The notes under the pieces were generated by a model. It made no database searches. It had not been told where the DNA came from and saw only the letters and a list, made by a program, of their open reading frames with translations. A stretch of DNA of 51,499 nt, filler included, from Jimgerdemannia flammicorona (Eukaryota): assembly GCA_003990765.1 (NCBI GenBank). It is 2 parts of 2 records of this genome, joined end to end, with 100 filler letters (N's around TTAATTAATTAA, not from the genome) between each part and the next. Parts side by side here need not be neighbours in the genome. Positions count along the whole stretch, not along the records: positions 25,801 to 51,499 come from RBNJ01000803.1; 1 more part is not named here. One strand, 5' to 3'. Of this stretch, positions 46,625 through 51,499 are shown piece after piece (positions within the stretch are counted from its first letter, which is position 1; each line of letters starts with the position of its first letter). The position numbers were made by a program, and so were the translations under genes.

Positions 46625-49600
46625 TACAACTCATGTTACACAAACTTCAAGAAACCGTTTTTCAACACAACTTGGAGGAAAGGTACTATAACAATGTCAT
46701 TGAGCAAGAGTTCTGCCAGGTGTGCTAGGTCAGGTGGACCTGGGGCTTTTGGCTGGCAGCATGTGGGGAGGGGGTATGGCCTGGGGATGGGGGCCTTTGG
46801 AGGGTTGAAGGGTGGTGGGGGCTCTGGAGGTAGACTGGTGTCTGGTAGCCATGGGGAGAGGCCTGGTACCCAAAGTTTTGTGGATAAGGTGAAGGGGAGT
46901 GGGTGGCTAGCTGGGACTAGGGCTGGTGCTGTGGTAGGGAAGGGCAAGGCAAGCCTCAAGAGGGGGGGAGCTACTCAGGGGGGGAATGCGAGCATAAGTG
47001 CTGGAGGTGCAGTGGCTGGGGATGGGACTGCTGATGGCAGTGTGACAGGCAATCAGGAAAAAAAAAGAGATGTGACAGCTGATGGCAGTGTGGGGCAGGG
47101 GTTCTCAATGCGGAAGGGTGACCTGGCTGATAGTGTGACAGGGCTGGCAGTGGCACTATTACTCAGGAAGTCAATTTCAGAGTTTGCAGTGATACTGTGC
47201 TTTTGAGGCTTGGTGGTAACAGTGAGGATGGTCTTGGGGCTTGTCTCAAAGCAGGTGACTGGGGCTGCCTCAGTGAGGTTCCTGAATGGCTTGGAGGGAG
47301 TTGAGGTGGGCTTTGAGGAGGCAGGCCCACTAGAGGAGATACTGAAGTCTGGAGTGGTGGTTGGCGAGGTAGTAGTCCCCATGATGCACTGCCTGAGGTG
47401 GGATCCCAGGGTGGTGCAGCTGCTGGTGAAGGGGGTGTCTATGATGATGAAGGAGGAGACCAGGAGGAGAGTGGAGGAGGTGATGGTAGGGTATGGTGAT
47501 GTAGTGGATATCAGTTTTCAGATGTGAGAAGGGACCTCTATTAGGACTAGTGATGTGGAGGTGAGGATTAGACTGGCAGAGAGGGAGGCCACAGGGAAGA
47601 TGAGTGACTGGCCCTCAGTATTGATGTGGGGGGCCTTTATCTATAAGGTATCAAGGGTGTGAGGGAATGAAGAGGAGGAAGAGGACTTGCTGGAGGCACT
47701 GGAAGAGTTGAGTGGTGCTGTTGAGAGGAGGGCGAGGGCCTGAAAGGTGTATGAGGAGTCGATGCATCTGGAGATTGTTGATGGGAAGAGGATTCAAATG
47801 GACAAGGGGCAGTGGGAGTGTGCCCAGGGGTGCAAGCGGCAGAGAGAGCTGTTGGCGAGTATGAGCAGTGGGGCTATAAAGAAGGCTGATGGGGCTGAGG
47901 TGTCTAGGGGTGCCAAAGCCAGTGTCTGGGCCAATAAAGGAGAAGAGAAGATAGAGGTGAGCAAGGAAGGAGATAGGAAGGTGCTGAGCAAGAGCCCCTA
48001 TACTGATGGCACATTTAAGGTCTGGGAGCAGGAATTGGATACCACCCCCCCCCCTCTTATCAGGAGGGGCCCAGCTTGGAAGAGAGGAATGACAGAGGAT
48101 GTACTGATGCAGGGGGCCCAGCGAGTGCACTTTGGGGTCCCTGATGTAGCGAAAGGGGGCCAGGTGGTGGCAGTTAGTGAGGATGAGCTAGTGGATGTCC
48201 CTGAGGAGGAATGGGATGAGGCTGTCAGTATCAGAGCTGACACCATGATGTTGGATGCAGGGTGGCCAGGGACTCCAGGAGGGAAGGAGGTGGGGAATTT
48301 GTTGTGGATGAGCAAGGTGATGGATAATATTGTGGCAGAGGTGTTGGGGGAAGTGGACCTGTGGGTAATGCCCAAGGAGCACTAGGAGCAAATCCTGTAT
48401 AGTGATGGAGTGATGGAGGCACTGAAGGTGGAGATTCTTATGATCTTCCTAGAGGAGGAGGGATATGAGGTTGATGAGGTGAGGAAGGCAGAGCTGGTGG
48501 TGGTCACTAGTAAGTGGGTGGCCTACTGTTGGGCAGAGCAGTTCTGGCAGGAGGCCTGTCTGGAGTATTGTGAGGACTTTGAGGAGCAAGAAGATGGGGT
48601 GATGGTAGAACTTCTGGGTGGGTTGGAGGTACAGGAAGCTGGAGAAAGGGAGCTAGTGACTGAATATGACTTGGACTTAGTGCAGGAGGAGCCAAATGCG
48701 GACTTGTAGAGGATGGGACCACATTATATCATTATTCCTTATGAACAGTATAACCAACATTTTCTCTTTGAATGTGAATGGGTTAAGGGGTTCTGGGTGG
48801 TATAAGAACATTTTTACCTGGCTCAAGGGATTGGAGGCTGATCTCTTTTTACTATAGAATATTAGGTATGAGGATGAGGACAATTGGGTAGAGTGGACTA
48901 GGGAATAGGGTGGGGCTACTGCTTGGTTTGAAAAAGTGGCAATTCTGATGAGGAAGGGTAGAGGAGACTTGGGGGGAATCAGGAGCTGGGATGATCACTT
49001 GGTCTGAGGTAATAGATATTGGCCAGGGTGAGAGTCAGTGAAGGTTGGCTCTTGCTACTGCCCTGCAGTTAGAGGTGAGAGAACTGCATGGATTAGGGAG
49101 TTGCTGGAGGAGGGTATTCTCTTGGAGGAAGGAGTTGATGTTCTCAGTGGGGACTTTAACATGGTTCAGGATCAACATCTGGACAGAACTGATGGAGGGA
49201 GGAGTGCAGAGGGGAGAAGTGGAGGTCTGGATGCATAGGAGAAGGTGAAGAAGTTGAGCTCCTTTGGGGTATATGGGCAGAACACGGTGGGGTGACACCA
49301 GGGTCTACATACATTGGGTGAATGGATTGGGTACAAGAATTGACTGGATTCTGATGGCAGAGTGCTGGGGTCCTGATGTTTGGAAGATATTGGAGGTGGA
49401 GTAGTACCCATGGTCTGATCACTGGGGACTGTTGGGGCAGGGGCAGTTTGGAGGGAGTGGAGATAGACCTGGACATTGGCACCTTAACTCCTCCCTGCTG
49501 GCTGAGAAGGGGTTGTGGAACTCATGGGTGGAGGACATTCAGGTGAAGGTTTCTATCTGGAGGCATGAGGGTTTGTCTGTGGGTGTCTATTGGATGAGAT

Positions 49601-51188
49601 TGAAAGAGGCTGTGAGGGTCTACTGGGGAGGGGCTGGTAGAGAGGCTGGGAGATAGAGGAGAAAGTGCATGGGGTGTGCTTCCAGTAGATTGAGGAGACT
49701 GTAGATGGATTGGGCGGATTTGCTCACTTCTGATGGGGTGGAGGACTGGAGGAAAGAGAGGGCAAAATTGGAGATAGTGGAACTACAATAGGTGTTGAGA
49801 GAAGAGGAGACACATATGCGAGGTATGGCTGCTAGGCTATGGTGGCAGGGGCTTGAGGAGGGCAAGTGGTCTACTAGGTACTTATCAAGACTCCTCAAAG
49901 CTAGGAGAGTGTGACATCAGTGAGAGGGGGTCCTAGATGCTGATGAGGACATAGTGCATGGCACACAACAAATCTTAGGGGTTTTGAAGGAGAGATGGCT
50001 GGGTTTGTAGAGTGAGGGAGAAGGGGGTGCTGATGAGGTGGCAATTGCAGACATACTAGAGGAGTGGGGGCCACTGCAAGTAGCCGGACTGGGTGACTTG
50101 ATCTTACTGGTACAGGGAGAGGAGATCCAGAGTGTCCTTGCAGCAACTAAACTTGGAATAATGCCAGAGGAGGATGGATTACCATGGGACTTCTGGAAGA
50201 AGATGGTAAAGGTCCCTGGAGTTTTGGGTGAGATGGCTGCTCTCTGTGACCATGTTCTTCAGAGTGGTGAGTGGGTTGGAGAGCAGGACCTCAGGCTGGT
50301 GGCTTTATTGTACAAGGACAAGGGAAGGAGGGAAGACTGGAAGAACTGGAGACCAATCATGCTTCTGGATATGGACAGGAAGATGGTGACTAAGGTGATT
50401 GTCACAAGGCTATAGAAAGTTGCCCAACAGGTGCTGGGGGAGGAGCAGTGGGGCTTTGTTGGGGGCAGACTCATAAGAGATAGGACTGCATGGGTATATG
50501 GTTTCATTGAAGGGGCCTGGGCCTGTGGACTGGATAGAAGGTTGGTCTTTTTGGACCAGGAGAAGGCCTATGACCGTGTATAGCAGGTTTGGCTGGACAA
50601 GGTGTTGGATCGAATTGGTGTCCCCCCAGGGTTTCAGGCTTCTATGTTGAATCTGCTAGAGAGCAGTTGGGTGGCACTGATGTGTAATGGACACTGTGGT
50701 CTGACATTTTTCTTTGGAAGAGGAGTTCCTCAGGGGGACCCTCTGTCCTATATTCTCTATGCCCTTTCGCTGGAGCCATTGATAGATAGGATTCACCAGA
50801 AGGTGGTAGGGCTCTCTATATATGGTATAGTGTGGAAGGTGGGGGCCTTCGCTGATGATATGGTGGTTGGACTTGGGTCTGTGGCAGATGTAGAGGTACT
50901 TAAGGCAATGGTGGAATGGTATGAGGCTCACTCTGGGGCAAAGCTCAACTGGTATAAGTGTGAGACAATGGTGCTAGGGAATGGGCTAGTGGGTGGAGAC
51001 ATCATTGGAACAATTGTCCCTACTAGTGAGGTGGTATAGTATTTGGGCATCTTCCTTTCTGCATATGGCTCAGTCTTGTCAAGGGTGTAGTGGGAGAGCA
51101 GGGTGACCATTTGGGGGGAGGCCCTTTGAGGCTGGGGAGGCCACCATATCTCTCTGGCAGGGCAGGTGTCAATTCTGAATATGTACTG
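46625..51188 (+). mobile_element. Degenerate non-LTR retrotransposon (L1/Tx1-like LINE): ORF1 ~46694-48709; ORF2 with APE endonuclease and RT
   Basis: APE: FSLNVNGL, SGDFNMV, SDH. RT: NWRPIMLLDMDRK, FLDQEKAYDRV, GVPQGDPLS, AFADD. Confidence 0.9.
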
Positions 51189-51499
51189 TAGTGCTCCGAA
51201 CGAGTCAATCCGGATGGGATTCGGATGGATTCGAATTGGATTCGAATCCCATCCGGATGGATTCGAATCGGATTCGAATCGGATTCGAATCGGATTCGAA
51301 TCAACCATTGTTTTGATTTCCAAATTAGACAATTAAATGTTTACATCAATAACTTGATGAATAATCATCCATATTTGATGATCTTGGTGTCATTTGAAAG
51401 CCCTTAATAAGGCCTTTCTAATGATACCAAGAACATTAAAATCGGATTACGTGTTGCCGAGATATTAAGGAAAACGTTCCATTTGACGAAATTTCCAAA
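51189..51499. mobile_element. Terminus of a young DNA transposon/MITE-like insertion interrupting the LINE
   Basis: Abrupt switch to CpG-rich sequence starting TAGTGCTCCGAAC. Subterminal (GGATTCGAATC)-type palindromic repeats at 51209-51303 and a 25-bp-arm hairpin at 51382-51432. The other end is outside the window. Confidence 0.6.

Overview
Eukaryotic DNA from an early-diverging fungus (probably Mucoromycota; inferred from gene content, short introns and style). It has two halves, joined at 25701-25800 by an N-gap containing an artificial TTAATTAATTAA linker, so adjacency across the gap is unproven. Left half (1-25700), gene-dense and CpG-rich: a UBL-WLM (Wss1-like) metalloprotease, mitochondrial ribosomal protein S2 head-to-head with RPL15, a GFA/CENP-V protein, a large ASPM-like CH/IQ-repeat protein, a Tsp2-type tetraspanin, an intronless ankyrin-like protein, a secreted fasciclin and a partial secreted alpha/beta-hydrolase. 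Right half (25801-51499), a CpG-depleted nest of dead transposons: two different dUTPase-carrying Ty3/Gypsy elements, a 2062-bp solo LTR with a perfect 5-bp TSD, an older Gypsy fragment, an L1/Tx1-like LINE and the end of a young DNA transposon. Most notable: three different LTR lineages each carry a mutually homologous, unrecognised accessory gene after the integrase. It lies inside the LTR in two of them and is coupled to pol by an ATGA stop-start in the third. These elements also show dUTPase, a shared CxH..CxxC insert and a pre-PPT hairpin, so they look like complex retrovirus-like fungal retroelements. All translations and alignments were done by eye.
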